Shown in pieces: positions 55,595-64,000 of a DNA stretch of 64,000 bases. Within the stretch, counting starts at the first letter, position 1; each line of letters begins with the position of its first letter. This DNA comes from Candidatus Aenigmatarchaeota archaeon (GTDB taxonomy: Archaea > Aenigmatarchaeota > Aenigmatarchaeia > CG10238-14 > SCSR01). Location: contig JAWBTW010000002.1 in NCBI GenBank assembly GCA_039000165.1, positions 3,245-67,244 of the forward strand. The letters run 5' to 3'. The translations under genes and the position numbers were made by a program. The notes under the pieces are model-generated. The model saw only the letters and a program-made list of their open reading frames with translations. It ran no database searches and was not told the origin of the DNA.

Positions 55595-58500
55595 GTTTTC
55601 AACTCCTTCATCAAATCTCCTAACAATCTCTCTGGACTAATATTAGCTTTTATTGCACTTATTATTTTTTCTGGTTCAGAATAATACTCAGAAATAACAA
55701 AACCAACAGTATTGACAGTATTAATATTGTGCCTAACTAACCAATCAAGAACCATTTGCCTTTGAGCAAGCTCTTGAGCTATTTCTTGATCTGTCATTCC
55801 TGTGTAAAGCCTTAAGTCGTCCATTATTCTCATGCTTGTCTTGAAAGGAATAATTTCATCCTTATCTGCTCTCCACCTAAACAAAGTGTTAAGCTGAACT
55901 CCTCTTTCACTTGGAATAATTTCAGAAACTTGAAAAACTCTCCTTATTCCTTTTCTTCTGTCTCTGTGCATTGCTAGTATAATATGCAAAGCTTCTAAGA
56001 GCATTTCTGGCACGTTTATCGGTGGATTAACTAATCTTCTAACAGTTTGCTCTGCAGTGTCTGCATGCAAGGTTGAATAAACTGAATGACCAGTGTGCAT
56101 AGCTTCGAACAAAACTTCTGCTTCCCTTGCCCTTCTTATTTCTCCTACTATTATTCTGTCTGGCCTCATTCTCAAAGCGTTTACCATTAAATCTAACATA
56201 GAAACTTCTCCCTTTCCTTCAGGGTTCGGCTCTCTTGTTGTTAGAGGGACCCAGTGCAAGAAATCTGGCAACTGAATTTCTCTTGTGTTGTGCGCTATTA
56301 TATTGTTACAAACAAAACTTTCATTTCCTGGAACACTTATATCATAAACATAACCTTCAAACTCTCTTTCCTTTATTTCCTTTACTCTATCCCAAAAGAT
56401 GTCGTTACTAGCTAACTTTATTAAAATTTCATTTCCACCATCGTTTGCAATCTTACTCACAATTTCTTTCAACAATTCTCTCCCTATGTTAGATTTCATG
56501 TAATTTCTGTGCCAAGATTTCCATCCCTTATAACTTCTTTTTACTCCAACCTCTTCTTTTAACAATTTTTTAAGTCTGAGATAAAAGTGCTTTGGCAAAG
56601 GAACTACATCAGAAACATCATGGACTTTTTTATGCAACAAACTAAAAAGTTTTTCGTTGTTTTTCTCTTGCAAAAATCCAACTTCATAAAAGAAAGTTTT
56701 TAAAAATTTTGAACCAGAGATTGTTGCTTGATAAGTATTATCCTTAAACTTTTTTCCTATTCTTAAAGGAATTCCAAACCTTAGCAAAAGTGTTTGAATA
56801 TCTTTTAGAAGATTGAATGAAACAGAAGAAACTGCAACATCCTTTGACCTTACCCAACCATCTCCTGAAAAGTATCCTTTTAAAAATGCTGCTAGCTCTT
56901 CTTTTTCCAGACCAAAAACCCAACTTGGAACTCTTTTAGTATAGACATTTCCTTCTAACCCTAAAACTTCTTTGAAAAATGTTTTAAACAGTTTTGAATT
57001 AAGCATCAAGGAAATTTTATCACTATGCAATTTACAACCCATTCTAAACCTTTTTGCAATTTTCCTAATAATTTTTTTACTTTCCTCATCAGTAACAGAA
57101 AAAATAACAGAATTTCTATCGTAACAGCCATCTGCAAGCCAAAGCCCAGCTACTAATGCTAAATCTTTATTTACGCTAACTTTTAAAGGTAAGAAAGAAC
57201 CGCTTCTAGATTTTATTTTTCCTTTTCTTGGTTTAACGTTTAGCTTCTGCAGCACTTCAGCTTTCAAAACTCCTTTTTTTAAGTAATAGTAAGCTTGTTG
57301 CTTTGATAAAAGTTTTGATTCTACCAGCTTTTTAAAGTTTTTTCTAATAAATTCTTTGTCCACTTCAACAAAACATCCTTTGAATTTCTCAAGCTCTAAG
57401 GAAAGGTCAAAAACTTTCTTTTTTCCTTCATAAGGGAGTATTCTTGGTACTGCAATAAAACTTCCAACTTTTATTTCTTTTCCAGGAATTGGCACTATTT
57501 CACCGTTTTCGTTCAAACCAAAAAGAGAATGATCTTCTGTAACTGAAATCTTTCTTCCGCTAGCTAAAATTATATCTAAAACTTTCTTTTTTACTTTATG
57601 CCTAATAAAGTGGGAAGGTAGAGCAAGCTTAATTTTTCCATCTTTATCCATGGAAAAAATTTTTATGTTATCTTTGTTTTCAACTTTTTCTTCACCATCG
57701 GGGAGTAAAGAATCTATTAGTTCGCCAATAGCCTTTCTAAAGATTTCTCCTTTCCTTTCAAAAAGGATTTCACAATCGCCAGTGACGCTATCCTCTATCG
57801 AAACAATTCTATGGTTTGGTGGAATGAAAGTTGTTAAAACGTTCAGAATAGAAGTTTTTCCTGTTGCAGTCCCCCCAGAAACTATTATGTTCATTTCATA
57901 ATGAATGGCAAGCCAAAGCAAGGAAGCTACCTCTTTGTTTATTGTATTGTTTCTTATCAAGTCAGTTATCGTCCAAGGTTTTCTCGCAAATTTTCTTATC
58001 GTAATAGTATTTCCTTTTGTTGAAATCGGGAATAAAGTTGCGTTAACTCTGTCTCCTGTTGTTAGGTGCGCATCCATCAAAGGGTTTAAACTAGTTATTT
58101 GCCTTCCAACTTTCCTTCCTATCATGCTTGCATAGTTGTAAATTTCCAAATCACTTTTTATTACTATGTTAGTCTTAAGCCAACCATACTTTTTATGATA
58201 AACCCACAAAGGCTCTTGAGAATTGTTTATAACTATTTCTTCCAGATTTTCATCCTTAAGCAAAACTTCAACTTTTCCCAAGCCTAGCATCTCATGAACT
58301 AAAGTACCTGCCAAAATTCTTTTTTCTTCCTCAGAAATTCTTGGTAATTGTCTTTGAATTAGTTCTAAAGCCTTGTTGAAAAACCTTTGCTTCAAATCTT
58401 CCATCACTCTTGGGTCAAGAATTTCCTGAACTTTCACTCCAACTTCAGTTATTAACCTTTCCCTTATAGCAGATAAAACTGCTAGGGTTGCTTCCTCAAA

Positions 58501-58611
58501 CTTTGGTAAAGAAACTTCATAAATGGGAACAAATTCACCTTCTATTTTAACTATGTTAACCTCTGCAGGCACACCTTCTGCAACAAGCTTATAGCTATCC
58601 AATATTCTCAT
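55591..58611 (-). CDS. type IV pilus/archaellum-type secretion ATPase (TadA/FlaI/KlbA-like) containing an intein
   Basis: Walker A GGTATGKTS. Extein Asp box RIVSIED|TREIQLP is interrupted. Walker B DRIIVGEIR and a His box are present. The 505-aa extein is normal for the family. Confidence 0.85.
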   Translation of the reverse strand: MRILDSYKLVAEGVPAEVNIVKIEGEFVPIYEVSLPKFEEATLAVLSAIRERLITEVGVKVQEILDPRVMEDLKQRFFNKALELIQRQLPRISEEEKRILAGTLVHEMLGLGKVEVLLKDENLEEIVINNSQEPLWVYHKKYGWLKTNIVIKSDLEIYNYASMIGRKVGRQITSLNPLMDAHLTTGDRVNATLFPISTKGNTITIRKFARKPWTITDLIRNNTINKEVASLLWLAIHYEMNIIVSGGTATGKTSILNVLTTFIPPNHRIVSIEDSVTGDCEILFERKGEIFRKAIGELIDSLLPDGEEKVENKDNIKIFSMDKDGKIKLALPSHFIRHKVKKKVLDIILASGRKISVTEDHSLFGLNENGEIVPIPGKEIKVGSFIAVPRILPYEGKKKVFDLSLELEKFKGCFVEVDKEFIRKNFKKLVESKLLSKQQAYYYLKKGVLKAEVLQKLNVKPRKGKIKSRSGSFLPLKVSVNKDLALVAGLWLADGCYDRNSVIFSVTDEESKKIIRKIAKRFRMGCKLHSDKISLMLNSKLFKTFFKEVLGLEGNVYTKRVPSWVFGLEKEELAAFLKGYFSGDGWVRSKDVAVSSVSFNLLKDIQTLLLRFGIPLRIGKKFKDNTYQATISGSKFLKTFFYEVGFLQEKNNEKLFSLLHKKVHDVSDVVPLPKHFYLRLKKLLKEEVGVKRSYKGWKSWHRNYMKSNIGRELLKEIVSKIANDGGNEILIKLASNDIFWDRVKEIKEREFEGYVYDISVPGNESFVCNNIIAHNTREIQLPDFLHWVPLTTREPNPEGKGEVSMLDLMVNALRMRPDRIIVGEIRRAREAEVLFEAMHTGHSVYSTLHADTAEQTVRRLVNPPINVPEMLLEALHIILAMHRDRRKGIRRVFQVSEIIPSERGVQLNTLFRWRADKDEIIPFKTSMRIMDDLRLYTGMTDQEIAQELAQRQMVLDWLVRHNINTVNTVGFVISEYYSEPEKIISAIKANISPERLLGDLMKELKT
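56287..57789 (-). mobile_element. intein (501 aa) with LAGLIDADG homing-endonuclease domain in the secretion ATPase
   Basis: Block A SVTGDCEIL (Ser1), block B TEDH, two LAGLIDADG motifs (LVAGLWLADGCY, LAAFLKGYFSGDGWV), C-terminal ...IIAHN followed by +1 Thr. Inserted at the conserved IED|T site. Confidence 0.8.
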
Positions 58612-59258
58612 TTTCTCATCCTTAGCTCAGGTTCGCCTATTGCAGGATAAAAAATTTCAGCCAAACCATGATCTTCCAAAATCTTTGCCCATTCTTCTAT
58701 AACTTCTTTGCTTACATTAAACATTTTTTCCAGCTCGCTAAACTTTACTCTTTTCTTTTCCTTTATAACAGCAAGTATTCTGTCTATATCAGTTTCCATC
58801 ATGCTCGGAACTTTTTCCACAGTAGAGACTTTTTCAGAAACTGCTTCTGCCATGAGCTTAGCAAGAGATTTTATTATATCGTCTCGAGCAATTATTCCTA
58901 CAATATTATTCTTTTTATCAACTACAGGAAGCCTTTTAACTTTGTATAAACTCATCAATAAAACAGCTCTATCTAAACCATCCTCTTCATTAGCTACTAT
59001 AACAACTTTTTTCATTATTTCCTTTACTTTTGTCACACCTTTTTCTTTTAAGGCTCCTTCATCTATTGCTAACAAATTTTTCTTTCCTACCAAATCCAAA
59101 ATGTCTGCTTCTGTTATTATTCCAACTATTTTTCCTTCTTTAACAACAGGTAAGCCTGAAACTTTTGATTCTGCAAGAATTTTTACAACTTCCATTATGC
59201 TTTGTTCAGGAGAAACTGTAATAACATTTTTTGACATAACATCCTTTACTTTAAGCAT
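58608..59258 (-). CDS. CBS-domain pair protein
   Basis: Two CBS repeats (VMSKNVITVSP...SGLPVV; VKEIMKKVVIVANEE...KRLPVV). C-terminal about 70 aa possibly wHTH. Stop overlaps the ATPase start. Confidence 0.75.
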   Translation of the reverse strand: MLKVKDVMSKNVITVSPEQSIMEVVKILAESKVSGLPVVKEGKIVGIITEADILDLVGKKNLLAIDEGALKEKGVTKVKEIMKKVVIVANEEDGLDRAVLLMSLYKVKRLPVVDKKNNIVGIIARDDIIKSLAKLMAEAVSEKVSTVEKVPSMMETDIDRILAVIKEKKRVKFSELEKMFNVSKEVIEEWAKILEDHGLAEIFYPAIGEPELRMRK

Positions 59259-59296
59259 ACTTATCTAATAATTAATTTGATTTTCTTAATTAAAAT

Positions 59297-60310
59297 TTAG
59301 CAAGGATTAAGCAAAGGATTCCCAAAAAGTTGATATTTCATTAAACGTTGCTGATCGTCAATTTCATTATCAATTCTAAACCAGTTTGGTACATCTGGGT
59401 TGTTTATCCAATAACAACTCAAATCTTCTGACCGAATCGAAGAGTTCCAGTAAAGAAAATCTACAACAGTCCTGTTTGGCTGAGGTTCTATACCTAAAGC
59501 TTTTAACTTTTGAATATTAACAAAACTTTCCAACCCTATTAACATTGAACTCTGATAATTTGCTACCAGCCTTCCTTCCAGTCTATCTAAAAAGCTTGGC
59601 CCGTATAGCGAAGAATGAAAATACCCATTTTCTGCATCGTTAGCTAAATTTTCGAAATGATAGTTTCCTGAAGAATCTTGATAAGTATGATTGCTTTCAA
59701 AAGGACACTTCCAAATTGTTTTTCTATATCTTCCATTGGTATATAAAGGTGCTAAAGGATCCTCTAAACCTTCAATAGAAATCAAAACTTCCTTTTGCCC
59801 ATTTCTATAAATCCTTATTGTTTCAGTGTTATCAGAAATGTTTATCGTGAAATTTATTCTGAAAAGGATGTTGAAACTATCAAAAGGCTTTATTTCTATT
59901 TCGCTTGTGTTTAGCTTGAATTTAAAAGTTTTGTTTGCTTTTTTCTCTATTTCTTCCATCCAGTAGGTTATGCTATTATTGTACATGATATCATTTCTGC
60001 TTCCTTCTAGGGTTCCATTTTGAGCTAGTTCAAAAATTTTTTCTATAGCTTTACCTTGTTCAAAAGGTTTTCCTCCTAAAGTAACGTTATCAACAGCTGC
60101 GATCAAAGCCCTTTTTGCTGAAATTCTTAAAGCTCTTTCTATATCCTCTTCTATATTTTTTGCAAAATAGTGCAATTGGTCAGAAATAATTTTTTCTGCT
60201 GCATCTTTCCTTAAGGAATAGGAAATGTTTAAGTAAGTGAGTAGAATTGCTACTACCGAAGCTACAATCAAAACTGAAATTATAGTATAGATTAAACCTT
60301 TCATGCCCAC
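59297..60310 (-). CDS. pilin-like/membrane-anchored protein
   Basis: N-terminal MGMKGLIYTIISVLIVASVVAILL has a KG-hydrophobic class-III-like signal. Many N-x-S/T sequons. Confidence 0.4.
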   Translation of the reverse strand: MGMKGLIYTIISVLIVASVVAILLTYLNISYSLRKDAAEKIISDQLHYFAKNIEEDIERALRISAKRALIAAVDNVTLGGKPFEQGKAIEKIFELAQNGTLEGSRNDIMYNNSITYWMEEIEKKANKTFKFKLNTSEIEIKPFDSFNILFRINFTINISDNTETIRIYRNGQKEVLISIEGLEDPLAPLYTNGRYRKTIWKCPFESNHTYQDSSGNYHFENLANDAENGYFHSSLYGPSFLDRLEGRLVANYQSSMLIGLESFVNIQKLKALGIEPQPNRTVVDFLYWNSSIRSEDLSCYWINNPDVPNWFRIDNEIDDQQRLMKYQLFGNPLLNPC

Positions 60311-63213
60311 ACCTTTATTTCAAGATTAGTCAAACCCCAAAGAGAAGGAACTGCTGCAACGTACAAAGTTTCGAACAAAATCTCTGGAGTTATCATTATG
60401 TCTATTGGGTTATTCTCGGTTCCTGGCCACCAATTTCTATCACTAATATCTAAGGGATTTTCTGGCAAGTCAGGTGGTCTGATAAAGTTCAATTGGTTTA
60501 AAAGCATAAGAAAAGCATAGTCAACTGCGTTATGTGTAACGTTTAAATCTTGAACTCTTCCCAAAGTTGCGTTAAATTTAGGAACGTTTCTTCCTATTAC
60601 TACCGCATAAGAACCGTCTGCAGTTCCATCATGATCTCTATCATAGTAAACAGTTATGTTTCTCCCTTCTATGTAAGGAAAAACGATTGAGGAATAAGCT
60701 GTATAAGACTTAAAGCTTGCTGTATAAATTACTCTATCACGAGAGGAGCAAATGCTACTAGTATTAGTTGGGCCTAAGCCTAAAACAAGCCCAACAGTAT
60801 TGTTTTCACCAGATTTTATATAGCTAGGAGAAAACTGAATGCTGAAAGGATCACCAAGGTAAACGTAATTGCTTCCAAAAGAGTCTAAACTCCAAGTAAT
60901 ATTCCAGTTATGAGCTGAGTTGTTAACATAAACCTTTCTTGACCAGAAATCAGAAGAATAGGAAGTTCTTATTACATCTAAAACTTTTACTTGTTGAGGA
61001 ACAAAAAATGTTCCATTACAACCAAAAGGGTTTGTTTCAACTTTTAAAGAAATTTCCCCGTATTCTTCTTTTGCTTCAGGTTCGTAGTAGAATTCTATGT
61101 AAGAGTCTGGATAAAGATAATTTCCTTTAAAAACTTCCCCTGTTATGTTTATTCTTTGAGCGACATAAGCTCCTGCAAAATATTCTGCAAACTGCTTGTA
61201 AATTCTTTTTAGTTCTTCATAATCATTACTTTGAGCGTATCTTACTGCTCTACAATCAGCTGTACTTCCATTTGGTAGTGTTACTTGACCTATCCAAGTA
61301 TTTGAAGAACAATTCCAACAGGCTATTCTTTGAAGAGTATATTCGTCTGCCTCGTCGCCAAAAGCAACAGCAAAAACTACATAACCTTTATTTCTTGCTT
61401 CACACGCTTTATATACACTACAATTTACAGGATTATCCCATGGTGATGGACAAGAACCGCAAGATGTCATTCTATTTGCAATACCGTCGCTCATCACTAA
61501 CATACCTCTAAACTTTTCAGAAGAACTTAAAGTATCTAGCATTTGGATTGCCATATTTATTCCGCAACATATACAAGTGGTAGACAAAGGCCTATAAGAA
61601 TTAATTTGATTAATAAGCTGAGTTGTATTATTAGTCAAACTAAGCACTCGGTCTACATCCTGGCTATAACTTACTAACCCAACTCTATTACCAGAGACAT
61701 TTAAAACTGTATAAACAAAATCTCTATCAACTTCCCTTGCCATATCCATTTTTTGTCGACAATATCTTCTTTGAACGTCGCAATTTGGAAAACCTATATA
61801 TGGGCATCTTCCTCGACTATACCTGCAATAATAACTCCAGCAAAAGTTGCCAATAAATCTTATACCGCACCATTCGTTTGTATAATTGAAATTAGTAGAA
61901 TCGCCTAAGACATCAACGCCTTCCATACTTCCTGAAACATCAGTTATCAAAACAGCATCAGCCAATCCTACACCACCATAAGCTTGAAACTCTTCACTTC
62001 CAAACCTTATCGGCACAGTTCTGTTGCTAACATTTCCTTTCAAAGCATTTATTCCACCAAATTTTTCAGAAATATTTTCAAAACTTAAATCAATAGTTAC
62101 TTCACCAGTAGCGTTCGTTCTGTTAAGTTCTATTCCACCTATGTTTAAAAACATCTCAATTCCTATTCCATCGGGAGTTGTTAAGTTACTATAATAGTGT
62201 AAATGAATTCTCATTCCATTAGTTTCATCTAAGGTTCCTGGCAAGTAAAAAGAATCATAAAGGTTTATCAAACCATAAATTCCTGGGAAATAATACCTAT
62301 AAACATTTTTTCTAGGAGAAGCAAATTCCGTAGTATCATAAGTAACTTTTATATAGCCACCTCCGATAAACTGCTCGTTTATATCAGGAGAGGTAAAGTT
62401 TATGTCAAAAGCAGTCTCATTGCCATAACCTTTGTTTATTTGGTTCAAACAGTGTTGCCCGTTACTTTCATTAATAACAAAGCTATCTACTGCAAAATAA
62501 CCAGAAGAAGTTTTGTTAAAAATCCCACAAAAAGTTTTGTTCACATAAAGAGTAAAATTGCTCCCAAAAGTCCCCTCTATATAAATTGAGGAAATGTTAG
62601 CATCCAAAGGAATATCTCTAATTATTGCTGTTATGTTTCCTTGACCAACAAAACCTCCAAAGTAAAAGTAAGAAGCTGTGTTTTTCCCTAAAATTTTTTC
62701 CAAATAAGCCCTTGCAGTATATCCTTCTACTGGTTTGCCAACAGCATAACCTGAAACTGTTGTTTTTGAAACCGAAAGCAAGCTTTTTACTGGTTTGCTC
62801 CTATTTGCTAAAGAAGTTCCATCCATAGAAACTTCATAACCCAAATTCTCAGGAATAGTTAGGTTAAGAATCGATTCTGTTATGTTTTTTGCCATGTTTT
62901 TTGCTTCTTCAGTTCCGTTAACCCACAAGCTTCCTATAACATCTAGCAAACTTTTATCCATATCTTCCTCTCTCAAAATTCCTTGATCTTTCAAATCCTT
63001 TATCGCAGGAAACTTATCTACAACATAAGAAACTTTTGTTTTTGTTAAGAGTTCTAAGGAATCTTGTGCAAGGTAGTGAAACCTTTCATAAGTTTGATGC
63101 TGAACAAAAGAAGTCGTTCCTATAAAAGAAACAACTATAGCAAAAATTACTAATAAAGAAATTGCCAGAATTGCCTCTAATGAAAAAACCTGACCTTTCA
63201 TTTTTATCGCCAT
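60301..63213 (-). CDS. large pilin-like protein with von Willebrand factor A domain (candidate tip adhesin)
   Basis: N-terminus MAIKMKGQVFSLEAILAISLLVIFAIVV is a class III signal. MIDAS motif LITDVSGSMEG. 970 aa with numerous glycosylation sequons. Confidence 0.6.
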   Translation of the reverse strand: MAIKMKGQVFSLEAILAISLLVIFAIVVSFIGTTSFVQHQTYERFHYLAQDSLELLTKTKVSYVVDKFPAIKDLKDQGILREEDMDKSLLDVIGSLWVNGTEEAKNMAKNITESILNLTIPENLGYEVSMDGTSLANRSKPVKSLLSVSKTTVSGYAVGKPVEGYTARAYLEKILGKNTASYFYFGGFVGQGNITAIIRDIPLDANISSIYIEGTFGSNFTLYVNKTFCGIFNKTSSGYFAVDSFVINESNGQHCLNQINKGYGNETAFDINFTSPDINEQFIGGGYIKVTYDTTEFASPRKNVYRYYFPGIYGLINLYDSFYLPGTLDETNGMRIHLHYYSNLTTPDGIGIEMFLNIGGIELNRTNATGEVTIDLSFENISEKFGGINALKGNVSNRTVPIRFGSEEFQAYGGVGLADAVLITDVSGSMEGVDVLGDSTNFNYTNEWCGIRFIGNFCWSYYCRYSRGRCPYIGFPNCDVQRRYCRQKMDMAREVDRDFVYTVLNVSGNRVGLVSYSQDVDRVLSLTNNTTQLINQINSYRPLSTTCICCGINMAIQMLDTLSSSEKFRGMLVMSDGIANRMTSCGSCPSPWDNPVNCSVYKACEARNKGYVVFAVAFGDEADEYTLQRIACWNCSSNTWIGQVTLPNGSTADCRAVRYAQSNDYEELKRIYKQFAEYFAGAYVAQRINITGEVFKGNYLYPDSYIEFYYEPEAKEEYGEISLKVETNPFGCNGTFFVPQQVKVLDVIRTSYSSDFWSRKVYVNNSAHNWNITWSLDSFGSNYVYLGDPFSIQFSPSYIKSGENNTVGLVLGLGPTNTSSICSSRDRVIYTASFKSYTAYSSIVFPYIEGRNITVYYDRDHDGTADGSYAVVIGRNVPKFNATLGRVQDLNVTHNAVDYAFLMLLNQLNFIRPPDLPENPLDISDRNWWPGTENNPIDIMITPEILFETLYVAAVPSLWGLTNLEIKVWA

Positions 63214-63713
63214 ACTATCATCTGCATCATAGCCAAATCTCTATTTCCGTTAAAGTCTATCAGGAAATACCTCTTTATTGAAACTACAATTTTTGGGTTG
63301 TTCGGAAAGCTTCCTATCTCATAAGGGTTTGCTGGGTCGAAATCCTCTCCTGTAATGTTAGCAAATCTTATGTATAAATTGTAGCCACCAAAACCAAGAC
63401 TACTTTTAATTTTATCTATACCTGCACTCAAAAATTTTGAAATTTTCTCTTCGCTCACTATATATTCTGTATCTCCTGCCAAACCAAAAGCTTTCACGTT
63501 ATTTGAATCCCAATCTTCTGGTACTCCTTTGCTTCTTATAAGCAGGTCAGAAGCCCTTTGCAATTTTTTATCGAGCATGTTAATTTCATAAGCATAACTT
63601 GCCTGTTCAACTAACTGATTGGTTATCAAAAGCCAAATTGTAAAAACACTAACAAAAAATATTAAGCTCATGAAAACATCAAAAGTGAAAACTTGAGCTT
63701 TTTTCTTAAGCAC
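63204..63713 (-). CDS. pilin-like protein (class III signal peptide)
   Basis: MLKKKAQVFTFDVFMSLIFFVSVFTIWLLI is a KKA|Q-type prepilin-like N-terminus. Confidence 0.5.
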   Translation of the reverse strand: MLKKKAQVFTFDVFMSLIFFVSVFTIWLLITNQLVEQASYAYEINMLDKKLQRASDLLIRSKGVPEDWDSNNVKAFGLAGDTEYIVSEEKISKFLSAGIDKIKSSLGFGGYNLYIRFANITGEDFDPANPYEIGSFPNNPKIVVSIKRYFLIDFNGNRDLAMMQMIVWR

Positions 63714-64000
63714 TTATGTTCACCATCCCATTAATATTTTTAATTAAATTTTTTCCAAAAGTAAAGTTTCCATTAATATTGCTTGTGATTAATGCAACGG
63801 AATAGGAAGTTTTTGTTGTGTTTATGGTTAAAACATTTCCGTAAATGGTTATGTTATAAATAAACGTCCCTATTTTTTCAGGCAAGTAATATTCTTTTGA
63901 AAATCCGTCTCCACTTAAATGAGCTAAATTTATTTGATTTGCAGCCTCATCACCTATTCTCTGAACCTCAAAAATCATGCTTTGCTCTTGAATTTGAGTA
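63706..64000 (-). CDS. pilus-operon protein, 5' end beyond window (partial)
   Basis: The ORF frame remains open to the window edge. Co-directional with the pilin genes. Confidence 0.3.
   Translation of the reverse strand, partial: TQIQEQSMIFEVQRIGDEAANQINLAHLSGDGFSKEYYLPEKIGTFIYNITIYGNVLTINTTKTSYSVALITSNINGNFTFGKNLIKNINGMVNISA

Noticed and set aside
57775-57789. Intein start at Cys280 (CEILF) instead of Ser275.
   Set aside because: Starting at Cys would leave SVTGD inserted in the extein Asp box. Starting at Ser275 restores the canonical IED-TREI junction, and SVTGDCEI fits intein block A.

Overview
This window reads as an AT-rich archaeal chromosomal segment, roughly one-third GC by eye. 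Genes are tightly packed and many overlap by 4 nt.

Supported core genes:
- An ABC transporter pair, 5'-truncated at the window edge.
- A TrmB-family regulator.
- A short SMC (827 aa) with ScpA adjacent and ScpB 2 kb away.
- MscL, dCMP deaminase and an NFACT/Rqc2 homologue.
- Endonuclease III, an Lhr helicase, MgtC, Nudix and MazG hydrolases, and a PHP phosphatase.
- FtsZ, AsnRS and SerRS.
- The conserved archaeal aIF2alpha-Nop10-PAC2-uS2 cluster.
- Two KaiC-like ATPases, a candidate minimal RNase P RNA, Sec61beta, endonuclease IV and a rhomboid protease.
- Five tRNAs (Val, Ser, Arg, Glu, Leu) plus an orphan tRNA 3'-half-like element.

Accessory content:
- A Tad/type-IV-pilus-like operon (about 53.1 kb to the window end). 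It has several class-III-signal pilin-like proteins, including a 970-aa vWA-containing one, TadB/TadC-like halves as separate genes, and a secretion ATPase interrupted by a 501-aa LAGLIDADG intein.
- A 6.6-kb region partitioned by four perfect copies of a 16-bp palindrome, TGTTAGACGTCTAACA. It holds an uncharacterised wHTH-V4R-adenylate-forming-enzyme-methyltransferase-transglutaminase cassette, a duplicated 3' fragment of a COG1373 AAA ATPase gene flanking serS, and the intact ATPase gene.
- tRNA-Arg and tRNA-Leu each carry a 10-nt intron at the canonical 37/38 position, folding into a relaxed bulge-helix-loop motif.
- A phased array of five ACCCGT motifs upstream of ftsZ.
- A PRC-barrel/PqqD-like gene pair beside ftsZ.
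- An ATP-cone::Mrr-nuclease fusion.
- A cluster of secreted Cys-rich paralogues.

No CRISPR array, rRNA or transposase was seen. All calls rest on motif-level reading of the six-frame translations and manual tRNA/RNA folding; no database search was run.
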